Shown here: one piece after another, positions 15,729 through 25,798 of the stretch
Layout of the letters: every line of letters begins with the position of its first letter
Numbering within the stretch: position 1 is the stretch's first letter
DNA from: an uncultured Spirochaetota bacterium
GTDB taxonomy: Bacteria > Spirochaetota > Brevinematia > Brevinematales > JAOACQ01
Reading direction: 5' to 3'
NCBI GenBank assembly: GCA_963768055.1
Contig: CAVYGN010000001.1
Coordinates: 1,088,001 to 1,152,000 of the forward strand
Length of the DNA: 64,000 nt
Made by a program: the position numbers and the translations under genes
The notes under the pieces: model-generated
Database searches by the model: none
Told to the model about the DNA's origin: nothing
What the model saw: only the letters and a program-made list of their open reading frames with translations

Positions 15729-18524
15729 ATGGATTACAGCCAGACCGTGAATCTGCCCGTGACGGAATTTTCAATGAAAGCCGGACTCGCCCAGAAAGAG
15801 CCTGAGATGGTAAAAAAATGGCAGAAGATCGGCCTTTATGAAAAACAACTTGAAAAAAGAAAGGGAGCCCCCGATTTTATAGTCCATGACGGGCCTCCTT
15901 ATGCCAACGGTGAAATCCATGTAGGGACCGCCCTTAACAAGATCCTGAAGGATATGATCAATAAATATAAATTTCTCAGGGGTTTCAGGACTCAATATGT
16001 TCCGGGCTGGGATTGCCATGGCCTTCCGATCGAACTTAAGGTCGTTGAAAAGCTCGGTGAAAAGGCATCCTCTCTCTCGCCAATGATATTACGTTCGGAA
16101 TGCAGGAAATACGCGTCCAAATTTGTTAAAATTCAAAAGGAAAGTTTCATCCGGCTGGGAATTTTTGGAGATTGGGAAAATCCCTACCTGACCATGTCGG
16201 AAGAGTATGAAGCGGCGATTATCGAATCTTTCGGCAGTCTTGTTGAAAAAAATTTTATTTACAGGGGCCTGCGTCCCATTCATTGGTGCATTAAAGACAA
16301 CACTTCGCTTGCCGAAGCGGAAATCGAGTATCATGATCACAAATCGCCTTCGATATACGTCAAATTTCCTGTGGCCGCACATAATATCAAGGGTCTCGAT
16401 GCAGGGAAAAGATTATCAGTCCTTATATGGACGACTACCCCATGGACTCTCCCTGCAAACACGGGCCTGAGTTTCCATCCGGAGGAAAAATATACTGCGG
16501 TAAAAGCCGATGGAGAATATCTTGTCATTGCTGAAAAACTGATCGATCCGGTTTTAAAACTGAGAAATTTGAAGGTTGAAGACAGGATACCCCTATCGCG
16601 AAAAGATATCGAAGGTATGAAAATCAATCATTGCTGGATCGGCAGGGAATCGAAGGCTGTTTTCGGAATCCATGTCGTTATGGATACAGGAACAGGCATA
16701 GTGCACACCGCGCCGGGCCATGGCATGGAAGACTATCTAATAGGCCAGGAAAACGGTCTTCCGCTTTTATCGCCTGTAGACGACAGGGGAAATTTTACCG
16801 ATGATGTTCCCGAGTTCAAGGGGTTGAATGTCTTTGACGCAAATGAAAAAATCATTGGATTTTTAAAATCGAAAAATGTTCTTTATTACAGGATGGATAT
16901 CGAGCACAGTTACCCTCATTGCTGGCGGTGCAAACAGCCCATCATTTTCAGATCGAAACCCCAATGGTTTTTCAGGGTTTCCGATGCCGCCCTTCAGGAA
17001 AAGGCCCTGGGGTCCCTTGGAGCTGTTAAATGGGTGCCGGAATGGGGCGAACTCCGCATAAGGAATATGCTTTCCGGCAGGCCCGACTGGTGCCTGTCAA
17101 GGCAGAGGAACTGGGGGGTCCCGATACCGGCTTTTTATTGTGTAAAATGCTCGGAACCGGTTTTGAACAAGGATACCATAAAACATATAATCGGAATAGT
17201 GAAAAAAGAGGGTATTGACGTATGGTTCAGGAAAACGCCTCAGGAACTCCTACCGGAGGGAACAAAGTGCCCGAAATGCGCCTCCCTCGAATTTACTAAA
17301 GAAACCGACATCCTTGATGTCTGGTTTGACTCAGGTGTAAGCCATATCGCGGTCCTCGACAAGAGGGAAGGCCTCCACAGCCCCGCCGATGTGTATCTCG
17401 AAGGTAACGACCAGTACAGGGGATGGTTCCAGGCCTCCCTGTGGCCGTCAATAGCCGTTAAGGGTAAAAGTCCGTTTAAAACCATAATTACACATGGGTG
17501 GACCCTTGACGAACAGGGACGCCCGATGCATAAAAGCCTGGGAAATACGGTATCGCCTAAGGAGATTTACGATAAATTCGGAGCGGATGTGCTAAGGCTC
17601 TGGGTGGTTTCTGAAGACTACAGGGACGATTTAAGGATAGGCGAGCATCTTATCCAGAAGTGCGCTGACAGCTACAGAAAGATCAGAAACACATTCAAGT
17701 ATCTTCTGGGCAATCTTTCGGATTTCGAAAAAGGGAAAGAGCTGGAATATGAAAAACTATTGGATACTGATAAATACGCACTTGGTCTTCTTTATAATCT
17801 TGAGCGGCGCGTGGTGAATTTCAACGACGGCTATGAATTTTACCGTTCGTTCAGGGAGATTTACAATTTCTGCGCTGTCGATATGAGTTCATTTTACCTT
17901 GACGTATTGAAAGACCGGCTGTATATATATCCCAGGGACTCTATTGAGAGACAGTCGGCTCAAACCGCGATACATCATATACTTAAAAGTCTAATGACAA
18001 TGCTGTCGGTTTTCCTGCCGTTCACCATGGAAGAGGTGTTCAGGATCCATTTCGCCGGTAGCGAGGAAGACAGCGTCCATCTTCTGGAATGGAAGGATTT
18101 TAATCCGGCGTGGAATAATACCGAGTTGATCGGTAAATTCGACAGTCTTCTGAAAGCCAGGGAGGTTGTCCTTAAGGCTGTTGAAATTTTAAGAAGCGGG
18201 ATGTCCGAAGGAGAGAATATAGGGTCAAGCCTTGCAGCCAGGGTAGAAATTAAGCCGCTGAATAAACATTACGGCGAATTGCTCAGGGAGTATAAGGACA
18301 GCCTTCGATACCTGTTTATCGTATCGGAAGTTACAATTACCGATAATATCGACGGGGTCATGGCCGGAACGGAAGACATAAGCGTAAAGGCGCTGAAAGC
18401 TAAAGGCGATAAATGTTCAAGGTGCTGGAATTATTCAGAAGAAGTAGGTTCGTTTCCCGACCATCCCGAGTTATGCGAAAGGTGCCATCCTATCGTCAGC
18501 GCCTTACAAGGAGGGGTAAAGTGA
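15729..18524 (+). CDS. ileS: Isoleucine--tRNA ligase (type 1)
   Basis: HDGPPYANG, GWDCHGLPIE, WTTTPWT, GTGIVH, DWCLSRQR, C-terminal CSRC..CERC zinc finger; start ATG 15729 after GGAGG. Confidence 0.98.
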   Translation: MDYSQTVNLPVTEFSMKAGLAQKEPEMVKKWQKIGLYEKQLEKRKGAPDFIVHDGPPYANGEIHVGTALNKILKDMINKYKFLRGFRTQYVPGWDCHGLPIELKVVEKLGEKASSLSPMILRSECRKYASKFVKIQKESFIRLGIFGDWENPYLTMSEEYEAAIIESFGSLVEKNFIYRGLRPIHWCIKDNTSLAEAEIEYHDHKSPSIYVKFPVAAHNIKGLDAGKRLSVLIWTTTPWTLPANTGLSFHPEEKYTAVKADGEYLVIAEKLIDPVLKLRNLKVEDRIPLSRKDIEGMKINHCWIGRESKAVFGIHVVMDTGTGIVHTAPGHGMEDYLIGQENGLPLLSPVDDRGNFTDDVPEFKGLNVFDANEKIIGFLKSKNVLYYRMDIEHSYPHCWRCKQPIIFRSKPQWFFRVSDAALQEKALGSLGAVKWVPEWGELRIRNMLSGRPDWCLSRQRNWGVPIPAFYCVKCSEPVLNKDTIKHIIGIVKKEGIDVWFRKTPQELLPEGTKCPKCASLEFTKETDILDVWFDSGVSHIAVLDKREGLHSPADVYLEGNDQYRGWFQASLWPSIAVKGKSPFKTIITHGWTLDEQGRPMHKSLGNTVSPKEIYDKFGADVLRLWVVSEDYRDDLRIGEHLIQKCADSYRKIRNTFKYLLGNLSDFEKGKELEYEKLLDTDKYALGLLYNLERRVVNFNDGYEFYRSFREIYNFCAVDMSSFYLDVLKDRLYIYPRDSIERQSAQTAIHHILKSLMTMLSVFLPFTMEEVFRIHFAGSEEDSVHLLEWKDFNPAWNNTELIGKFDSLLKAREVVLKAVEILRSGMSEGENIGSSLAARVEIKPLNKHYGELLREYKDSLRYLFIVSEVTITDNIDGVMAGTEDISVKALKAKGDKCSRCWNYSEEVGSFPDHPELCERCHPIVSALQGGVK

Positions 18525-19162
18525 AAATTATTTTAGCCGTATCCATTTTTTTCATCTTATTTGCCGCATCATCTTATGCCGATGATGAAGCTGTTCCGAC
18601 AAAAGATTACATTGAAATAAGGCTTGGTTTTGCGGATCCATGGGACGCCGGCCTGGGTTTTAAAGGAGGGGTGCTTGCAGGATACAGGTTCGACAAAGTG
18701 GTATCTATTAACGCGGACCTTGACTATTACAGGGCGAGTTTTACGACTCCGGCCGGTGAAACTAATACAGGGACAGGGTTTATCAATTCAACCTCATTGG
18801 CCAGCCAGACAACTGCTAACCTTTATATGCTGTTCGTGAACGTAAGGGTCGACATACCCTATGTCATAGCCGATGTAATACAGCCCTATATCCAGGCAGG
18901 CGTGGGATACGACATGATGTACAACACTTATGAGAATATATCCAATACACAGAGTGACCTTTTCGCAGGGGATTTTCTCGCTTTCCAGATCGAGATAGGG
19001 GGCCAGATCGCACTTGGAGAAATGACATATCTATATCTTATGGCAGGTTATATGTTCTCTGATGTGGAAAAATCACAGAACCCAAATGATACATTGTCAG
19101 TACTTAAAGAAATCAATGTAAGCGGCTTTTCAGTCCTTTGCGGCATAGGGTTCAAGCTTTAA
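18521..19162 (+). CDS. Small outer-membrane beta-barrel protein
   Basis: GTG start overlapping the ileS stop, signal peptide, amphipathic strands (PYIQAGVGY), C-terminal GIGFKL. Confidence 0.7.
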   Translation: MKIILAVSIFFILFAASSYADDEAVPTKDYIEIRLGFADPWDAGLGFKGGVLAGYRFDKVVSINADLDYYRASFTTPAGETNTGTGFINSTSLASQTTANLYMLFVNVRVDIPYVIADVIQPYIQAGVGYDMMYNTYENISNTQSDLFAGDFLAFQIEIGGQIALGEMTYLYLMAGYMFSDVEKSQNPNDTLSVLKEINVSGFSVLCGIGFKL

Positions 19163-19172
19163 CAAGTCACAG

Positions 19173-20207
19173 ATGATGAAGAAATACCGGGCCGGTATTA
19201 TAGGCCTCGGAAGGATCGGATTCACGCTCGGTTTCGATAAAAAGAGGGAAAAGCCGTCGTCCCACTCGGACGCTTTCGGCAGAAACAGGAGAATCCTGCT
19301 TGACGGCGGTTTTGATATAAATCCGGAAAAACGTAAATTATGGGGAAAATATTATAAGAGGGCGTCAGTTTATTCTTCAGCCGCCGAAATGCTTTCTGAC
19401 GGAAAATGGGATATACTTGTAATCGCAGTCCCTGAAGAATTTCATCTGGCAGTTTTCAAAAAAGCCGTGAAAGCAATTCCCGGAGTTATAGTTCTCGAAA
19501 AACCGGTCGCACCTGCAATTAATGATGCAAGAGCAATAAAACAAGAAGCTGAAAATCTCGGAGTGCCTGTCCTTGTAAACCACGAAAGAAGGTTTTCCAG
19601 AGATTATATAACGATGAAGAGGATTATAACCGGAGGGAAACTAGGGGAGCCGGTCAATATTGTCTCCAGCCTTTATACGCCTTCCCGGGCCTGGAAATAT
19701 GGTGATGAAATATTCGGAAAAGGGGCCCTTGTAAGGGACGGGACGCATCTCTTCGATGCGGTAAATTTCCTGCTCGGAGAAAGGCCGGTAATACATTATG
19801 TAAAGGCTACAGGTGTGAAAAAAAAGGGAAATATTGCCGGGATAACCTGCCTTGGACAGGCCGCCGGGGTCGATGCAGTTTTTAATATAGGCTTTAAAGC
19901 GGATCATTTTACTTTTGAAATCGATCTGATCTGCAAAACGGGAAGGATTAGAATCGGTAACGGTATGTTCGAAGTTTCCGCCGCTAAGATCAGCCCTTTC
20001 TATGGAGGTTTTTATTCCCTTATAAAAGACCCGCGGTTCAAAGCATTCAGAAAAACCGGCGGTTTTTCAGGAATGGCCGCTAATTGCGTGGAATTTCTTG
20101 ACGGAAAATCTCTTCTCTTATCGACTCTCGATGACGGGATAGATGCCCTTTTAACTATTGAAGAGATAAAGGGCTTTTTGAAGGAACAGGGGATTAAGCT
20201 CTATTAA
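19173..20207 (+). CDS. Gfo/Idh/MocA family oxidoreductase
   Basis: GIIGLGRIG, LEKPVA, NHERRF, DGTHLFD. Confidence 0.9.
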   Translation: MMKKYRAGIIGLGRIGFTLGFDKKREKPSSHSDAFGRNRRILLDGGFDINPEKRKLWGKYYKRASVYSSAAEMLSDGKWDILVIAVPEEFHLAVFKKAVKAIPGVIVLEKPVAPAINDARAIKQEAENLGVPVLVNHERRFSRDYITMKRIITGGKLGEPVNIVSSLYTPSRAWKYGDEIFGKGALVRDGTHLFDAVNFLLGERPVIHYVKATGVKKKGNIAGITCLGQAAGVDAVFNIGFKADHFTFEIDLICKTGRIRIGNGMFEVSAAKISPFYGGFYSLIKDPRFKAFRKTGGFSGMAANCVEFLDGKSLLLSTLDDGIDALLTIEEIKGFLKEQGIKLY

Positions 20208-20304
20208 GGGTATAAAATTTCAGTTCTAATTTTAAGATTCCGAATAAATTAATAGCGCGCAGCAGCGGGGGAACTTTTCAATCCAGCAGTTATGAAGGGT
20301 AAAA

Positions 20305-21345
20305 ATGCCTGTTGAGAGAAAATATACACAGGGCTCGATAATTTATTTCGACCATGAAAGGGGCGATAGTATATTCATTCTAAAGAGCGGAAGGGTCGAT
20401 TTAAGTTTTATTCAACCTGAAAGCGGAGAAAAGATCGTCAAAACCCTGTCCCAGGGTGAATTCTTCGGTTTGAAATCCGCGATAATCAATCATACCCGGG
20501 ACGAGATAGCCGAAGCTGTAACGGATGCATTGGCCATCGAATTTAAAATTCCCGATTTCGAATCCTATGTTTCGAAAAATGTCGAGCTGATGAAGCGTTT
20601 ATTAAGAGTATTATCCAATCAGCTTAGAAACCTGGGGATCAAGGTTAATAATTATCTTGGCAACAACGTGCTTTACCCCCCGAACATCGGCCTTTTCAAG
20701 ATCGGCGAGTATTATATCAATAATAAACTTTATAAGCAGGCTATCCAGGTCTATCAAAGATATATAGAACAATACCCCCAGACAAATATCGTTTCGGAAG
20801 CAAAATACAGGATCGAGCTTTGCGAACAGGCGATAAAAACAGGTTTCATGAAGGAATTCAAGCCCATAGACAAGATCATTGAAGGGGATATTTCAGGCAA
20901 CATTACAGCCGTTGCCGATGTAAAAGAGAGTATGGATAACGTACATTCCAAGCTGGGCATAAGGGAAGTGATGGATAAGTATTATAAGGCTCAGGCTTTC
21001 TTTACAGGAGAAGATTACGAAAATGTAGAAAAATTGTTGAAAGACCTTTTTTCACTGGAATCTCAGATAGCTAATCCGGAAATGATAAATAACGCCAAGA
21101 TCATGTACTTCACTGCGCTTTTCAGGCTCAATAAAATTAACGAATGCAGCCAGGCGATAACAGAATATCTCAAAACCGTCAAAGACCCCCTTATGATAAA
21201 GAAGACCCTGTTCATTCTGGCGGATATTTATAAACACCTGAATAATAATGACGGCGAGAAATCAATACTTCAAAAGATCGTTATGATGAGCCCGATTGAT
21301 GAATTATCAAAAAAGGCCAAAGTAAGAATGGATGCATTGAAATAG
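20305..21345 (+). CDS. Cyclic-nucleotide-binding domain + TPR protein
   Basis: IFILKSGRV, GEFFG cNMP barrel; TPR-like helices (YKQAIQVYQRYIEQYP). Confidence 0.85.
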   Translation: MPVERKYTQGSIIYFDHERGDSIFILKSGRVDLSFIQPESGEKIVKTLSQGEFFGLKSAIINHTRDEIAEAVTDALAIEFKIPDFESYVSKNVELMKRLLRVLSNQLRNLGIKVNNYLGNNVLYPPNIGLFKIGEYYINNKLYKQAIQVYQRYIEQYPQTNIVSEAKYRIELCEQAIKTGFMKEFKPIDKIIEGDISGNITAVADVKESMDNVHSKLGIREVMDKYYKAQAFFTGEDYENVEKLLKDLFSLESQIANPEMINNAKIMYFTALFRLNKINECSQAITEYLKTVKDPLMIKKTLFILADIYKHLNNNDGEKSILQKIVMMSPIDELSKKAKVRMDALK

Positions 21346-21354
21346 GATAAAGTT

Positions 21355-22014
21355 ATGGGTGAAGAAGCACTGGATAAATTCGAAAAATCGTTCGAACCTG
21401 GAGATATTATATTCTGCGAGTATGAAAAGGGCGATGAGTTTTATATTATCAAGGAAGGGAAGATCCGTATTACAAAGATCCAGGATAATAAAGAAAAAAC
21501 TCTGGATGTGATGGAGCCCCCCGCCATATTCGGCGAGATGGCCATCATTGAAGACGCCCCCAGGAACGCTACCGCGATAGCCGAGACCCCTGTAAAACTG
21601 GTTGTCCTTAAAAAGCAGAATTTCAACGAGCTGCTTGTTTCAAACCCCATATGGTCCCTGTCGCTGATAAAAATCATTTCAAAGCGGATTTTCGACAGCC
21701 AGAGAAGGCTTGAGATCCTCTCGCTTCAGGAAAACGAGTCGAAGGTTCTCGATACCCTGCTGATGCTTGTGGAAATGAAAGGAATTATTCCAGCAACCTA
21801 TCAGGACAATAAACCCATAGAACTTGAAAATGTTAAAGCCGAGGATATTGCCCACTGGTGCGGCTTGGACTCCCTCGAATGTGAAAAGTACCTTGTGCGC
21901 TATTCCAACATGGGCAGGATCGAGAGATACATCAACAAGATAATCATCAAAAACCTCGCCGATATCTATCGCCTGGTCAAGAACAAGAGAAGGCTCCAGG
22001 ATAACGAAGACTAA
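21355..22014 (+). CDS. Crp/Fnr family cNMP-binding regulator
   Basis: FYIIKEGKI, IFGEMAIIEDAPRNATA, C-terminal HTH-like EDIAHWCGL. Confidence 0.88.
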   Translation: MGEEALDKFEKSFEPGDIIFCEYEKGDEFYIIKEGKIRITKIQDNKEKTLDVMEPPAIFGEMAIIEDAPRNATAIAETPVKLVVLKKQNFNELLVSNPIWSLSLIKIISKRIFDSQRRLEILSLQENESKVLDTLLMLVEMKGIIPATYQDNKPIELENVKAEDIAHWCGLDSLECEKYLVRYSNMGRIERYINKIIIKNLADIYRLVKNKRRLQDNED

Positions 22015-22035
22015 AACCTGCGTTCTAAATGACAA

Positions 22036-22923
22036 TTAATCCTTTCTTTCTAATGGATGGAATTTTTTATGAGTGTCCTTCAATAAATCCGTTGAAACAT
22101 GAGTATATATCTGTGTAGTTGAAATATCGCTATGTCCCAGCAATTCCTGCACGCTCCTCAGATCAGCCCCGTTTGCAAGCATGTGGGTAGCGAAGCTGTG
22201 CCTTAAGGAATGGGGGGTTATAACCTTAATAATACCCGCTTTCCTGGCCCTTTGTTTTATAACAGACCAAACGGATATCCGGGTCAGCCCTTTTCCAAGC
22301 CTTGAAATAAATAATTGGTCGGGAAGCGTCATTTTCGGGGAGATTTCCCTCCTGAATAACAAATATTTTTTTATTGAGACGATAGCGGCTTCGCCGATAG
22401 GTATAAGCCTTTCTTTTCCTCCTTTGCCTGTCACTATGATAATACCTTTTTCAAGGGAAATATCGGAGATGCGAAGGGAACAAAGTTCGCTTACCCTGAT
22501 CCCGCTTGAATATAGAAGTTCGACTATGCAGGAATCCCTTATTTCCTTAGGATCTTCCCCGCCTGGGCCGATCATCTTTTCAACCTCCTCTATGGAAAGA
22601 TAATGAGGGAGCTTCTTAAGATATTGGGGGGAGTCGATATTCTCGATTGGATTTTTATCGGCCCTTTCGGATTTCAGGAGAAAGAGGAAGAACGATTTCA
22701 TGCTGCTGATCTTCCTGGCTATGCTGCGGTTGGATATCCCTTTTTCATTCTGAAAGATAATATAATCAAGAACATCGTCCTTCCTTATTTTATCTGAAAA
22801 CGTTTCCGCGCCTAGGAAATTGAAGAAATCCTCCACATCTTTTACATAGGCCTCAATAGTATTAACGGACAGCCTTTTTTCATATGTCAGGTAGATCTGA
22901 AAATCTTCAATGGCGATGTTCAT
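22036..22923 (-). CDS. xerD: Site-specific tyrosine recombinase XerD
   Basis: LLYSSGIRVSEL, GKGGKERL, HSLRHSFATH, LLGHSDISTTQIYTH. Confidence 0.9.
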   Translation of the reverse strand: MNIAIEDFQIYLTYEKRLSVNTIEAYVKDVEDFFNFLGAETFSDKIRKDDVLDYIIFQNEKGISNRSIARKISSMKSFFLFLLKSERADKNPIENIDSPQYLKKLPHYLSIEEVEKMIGPGGEDPKEIRDSCIVELLYSSGIRVSELCSLRISDISLEKGIIIVTGKGGKERLIPIGEAAIVSIKKYLLFRREISPKMTLPDQLFISRLGKGLTRISVWSVIKQRARKAGIIKVITPHSLRHSFATHMLANGADLRSVQELLGHSDISTTQIYTHVSTDLLKDTHKKFHPLERKD

Positions 22924-24908
22924 TTTTCACCGCTCAGCGTTTTTTGCTTTCCTTCAAGTTTTAAAATTTCGTCCCGGATTTCGGCGGCTTTTTCGAATTC
23001 CAGATTTTCCGAATACTGGTACATGAGTTTTTCAAATTCCTTTAAAAGGACGCTTTTCTCGACATATTTTTTCCTGTATTCGGCTATTTTATCAACCTTG
23101 TTTATTTCTTCTTCAATTTTCCGTTCGAGGATATCAGTAATTTCCTTTTCGATTGTCCTGGGCGTTATATTATTTTTCAGGTTATATTCCATCTGGATTT
23201 TTCTCCTCCTGTCTGTTTCCCTTAACGCTTCCTTTATAGAATCCGTCATTACATCCGCATACATTATAACTTTGCCATGAATGTGTCGGGCGCTTCTCCC
23301 TATTATTTGAATGAGTGATCTTGCAGAACGGAGGAAACCCATTTTATCGGCATCGAGAATTATTACAAGAGAAACTTCAGGAAGATCGATACCCTCCCTC
23401 AGAAGGTTTATTCCGACAAGGACATCGTAAGTCCCTAGGCGGAGCTTTTTCAGAATTTCGACCCTTTCTATCGTTTCAATTTCCGAATGCAGATAAGCGA
23501 CCTTAAGGCCGCTTTCCGCAAGGTATTCGGAGAGGTCTTCCGCAGTTTTCTTCGTCAGTGTCGTGATCAATGTCCTTTCATGTATTTTAATTCTCTCATT
23601 GACTTCGATCATAATATTATCGATCTGCCCTTCAATTTTTCTTATTTCCACTTCAGGGTCGATGAGACCGGTCGGCCGGATGATCTGTTCAACTATAGCG
23701 CCGCTTTTTTTCAGTTCATAATCAGCCGGTGTAGCCGATACGTAGAGGACCCTGCCCAGCATGCCTTCGAATTCCTCAAAGCGAAGAGGCCTGTTATCCA
23801 GCGCCGACGGAAGCCGGAAGCCGAAGTCAACGAGGGTTTGTTTTCTCGAGCGGTCACCGTTGAACATACCGCCTATCTGGGGTATGGATTGATGGGATTC
23901 GTCGATAATCGTTAGAAAATCCCCGGGAAAATAGTCAAGCAGGACGAAAGGCTTTTCGCCGGGTTTTCTAAAAGATAAATGGCGTGAATAGTTCTCTATT
24001 CCGCTGCAGTAACCCATCTCCTGCATCATTTCAATATCGTAGCGGGTCCTTGATTCGAGTCTGTATGCTTCGATGTCTTTTCCCTGATTTTTCAGCTCGC
24101 GAAGCCTTGTTGCCAGTTCATCCTCAATGGAGTATATAGCAGCTTTCAACTTATCTTCGGTTGTCAGGAAAAGTTTTGCCGGATAAATGATTATTCTGTC
24201 GAGTTCCTCTATCAATTTACCTGATATTAAATTGAGCCTTTTTATCGATTCCAAGTCGTCGCCGAAAAACCCGATACGGATCACTTCCCGCGAATAAGCC
24301 GTATGAATATCTATGGTGTCACCTTTGACGCGGAATGCCGCCCTATTCAGATCGAAGTCGCTTCTCTCATATTGGATCCTGATAAGATGCCTTATGATTT
24401 CGTCCCGTCCGGACTGCATGCCTTTTTTTACTAAAAGCATCAATTCCTTGTAATCGGTTGGAGCGCCCAATCCGTAAATACATGAAACAGAAGCAACGAT
24501 AACTACATCATGCCTGTCCATAAGGGAAGCGACTGCAGACACCCTCATTCTGTCGATTTCATCATTGATCTTCGAGTCTTTTTCGATATAAAGGTCACGC
24601 TGGGGTACATAAGCCTCAGGCTGGTAATAATCATAGTAAGAGACAAAATATTCCACTGCGTTATCAGGGAAATAATCCCTGAATTCCCTGAAAAGCTGGG
24701 CCGCAAGTGTTTTATTGTGTGACATGATAAGCGTAGGTGCCTGAAGGTTTTCTATGACATGGGCCATTGTAAAAGTCTTGCCGCTGCCGGTTACGCCCAG
24801 CAGGGTCTGTGCTCCGATTCCCTTGATAAAATTTTCACTGATCTGTTCGATAGCAAGCGGCTGGTCCCCTGAAGGTTTATAGTTTGCATGCACTTTAAAT
24901 CGCGGCAT
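22920..24908 (-). CDS. uvrB: Excinuclease ABC subunit B
   Basis: GVTGSGKT, YYDYYQPEAY, DESH, FRLPSALDNRPL, UVR tail; start moved to MPRF at 24908. Confidence 0.98.
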   Translation of the reverse strand: MPRFKVHANYKPSGDQPLAIEQISENFIKGIGAQTLLGVTGSGKTFTMAHVIENLQAPTLIMSHNKTLAAQLFREFRDYFPDNAVEYFVSYYDYYQPEAYVPQRDLYIEKDSKINDEIDRMRVSAVASLMDRHDVVIVASVSCIYGLGAPTDYKELMLLVKKGMQSGRDEIIRHLIRIQYERSDFDLNRAAFRVKGDTIDIHTAYSREVIRIGFFGDDLESIKRLNLISGKLIEELDRIIIYPAKLFLTTEDKLKAAIYSIEDELATRLRELKNQGKDIEAYRLESRTRYDIEMMQEMGYCSGIENYSRHLSFRKPGEKPFVLLDYFPGDFLTIIDESHQSIPQIGGMFNGDRSRKQTLVDFGFRLPSALDNRPLRFEEFEGMLGRVLYVSATPADYELKKSGAIVEQIIRPTGLIDPEVEIRKIEGQIDNIMIEVNERIKIHERTLITTLTKKTAEDLSEYLAESGLKVAYLHSEIETIERVEILKKLRLGTYDVLVGINLLREGIDLPEVSLVIILDADKMGFLRSARSLIQIIGRSARHIHGKVIMYADVMTDSIKEALRETDRRRKIQMEYNLKNNITPRTIEKEITDILERKIEEEINKVDKIAEYRKKYVEKSVLLKEFEKLMYQYSENLEFEKAAEIRDEILKLEGKQKTLSGEK

Positions 24909-24970
24909 CCTCCCCCCTTTTTTAAGAATAATATAAAACGGCCTTTTAAGCAAAAAAATCGAAGGGTTTA

Positions 24971-24993
24971 CACGGAGGCACAGAGTCACGGAG
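24971..24993 (+). repeat. Solo arm of tandem CAC(G/A)GAG units
   Basis: cacggag-g-cacagag-t-cacggag, 8-nt period, upstream of uvrB. Confidence 0.6.
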
Positions 24994-25126
24994 TTTTATT
25001 TATGTACCAATCTTGTATATCCTATTCATACTTTTTAAACCTTTACTTTGAGTCGAAATCTCTGCTATAATTTATAATAGATTTTTATAGAAAACATGAA
25101 AAGAGGCCCAATTGCTAAAATCTTAA

Positions 25127-25798
25127 TTAAAATCCCTGTCCCTTGTTCTTCCCGAACATCCAGGTATTAACGGAAGGAATGAATACATTAATTCATCCGT
25201 AATTATCCTATTAGCTGAGTTTGAAAATGAACTGAATTTCATTTTGCAGAAAAGGTCGGCCAATGTAAGGCAGGGGGGTGAAATTGGCTTTCCGGGGGGT
25301 ATGTTCGATCCGATAGCGGATAAAAACCCGAAAGATACTGCAGTCAGGGAAACTATTGAGGAAATGGGAATAGCAAGGGATAAAATCGAGATAATAGGCC
25401 GGACTGACACAGTCATATCGATAACCGGATCGATCGTAGAGGGTTTTGTCGGATTTACTGAGATCGAAGATATCTCTATGCTAAAAATAAATCCGAAGGA
25501 AGTCGAAAGGGTACTTGCAGCCCCTGTTTCTTACTTCGAGCAAAACGATCCTGAAATTTATAAAATAAATATTATGGCGCACCCTTCCATAATCGATAAA
25601 AAGGGCCGCAAAAAGGTGATTTTTCCCGCGAAAGAACTATCCCTGCCGGAAAGATATTCCAGGCCCTGGGGCAGCATCCTGCAAAAAGTATTTGTTTACA
25701 GATATGGCGGAGAAATAATCTGGGGGATTACAGCCAGGTTTATTTATGATCTTGTAAATAAAATTAAGGATGTTTCAAAGTCTCCCGGAGTCTCTTGA
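25127..25798 (+). CDS. Nudix hydrolase, CoA pyrophosphatase type (start uncertain or disrupted)
   Basis: GEIGFPGG...TAVRETIEEMG Nudix box, IWGITA; frame is open upstream of the track start (LPEHPGINGRNEYINSSVIILL) back to TAA 25124. Confidence 0.82.
   Translation, partial: LKSLSLVLPEHPGINGRNEYINSSVIILLAEFENELNFILQKRSANVRQGGEIGFPGGMFDPIADKNPKDTAVRETIEEMGIARDKIEIIGRTDTVISITGSIVEGFVGFTEIEDISMLKINPKEVERVLAAPVSYFEQNDPEIYKINIMAHPSIIDKKGRKKVIFPAKELSLPERYSRPWGSILQKVFVYRYGGEIIWGITARFIYDLVNKIKDVSKSPGVS

Noticed and set aside
22036..22923. xerD as a prophage or island integrase
   Set aside because: Size, motifs and coupling to uvrB fit the housekeeping recombinase.
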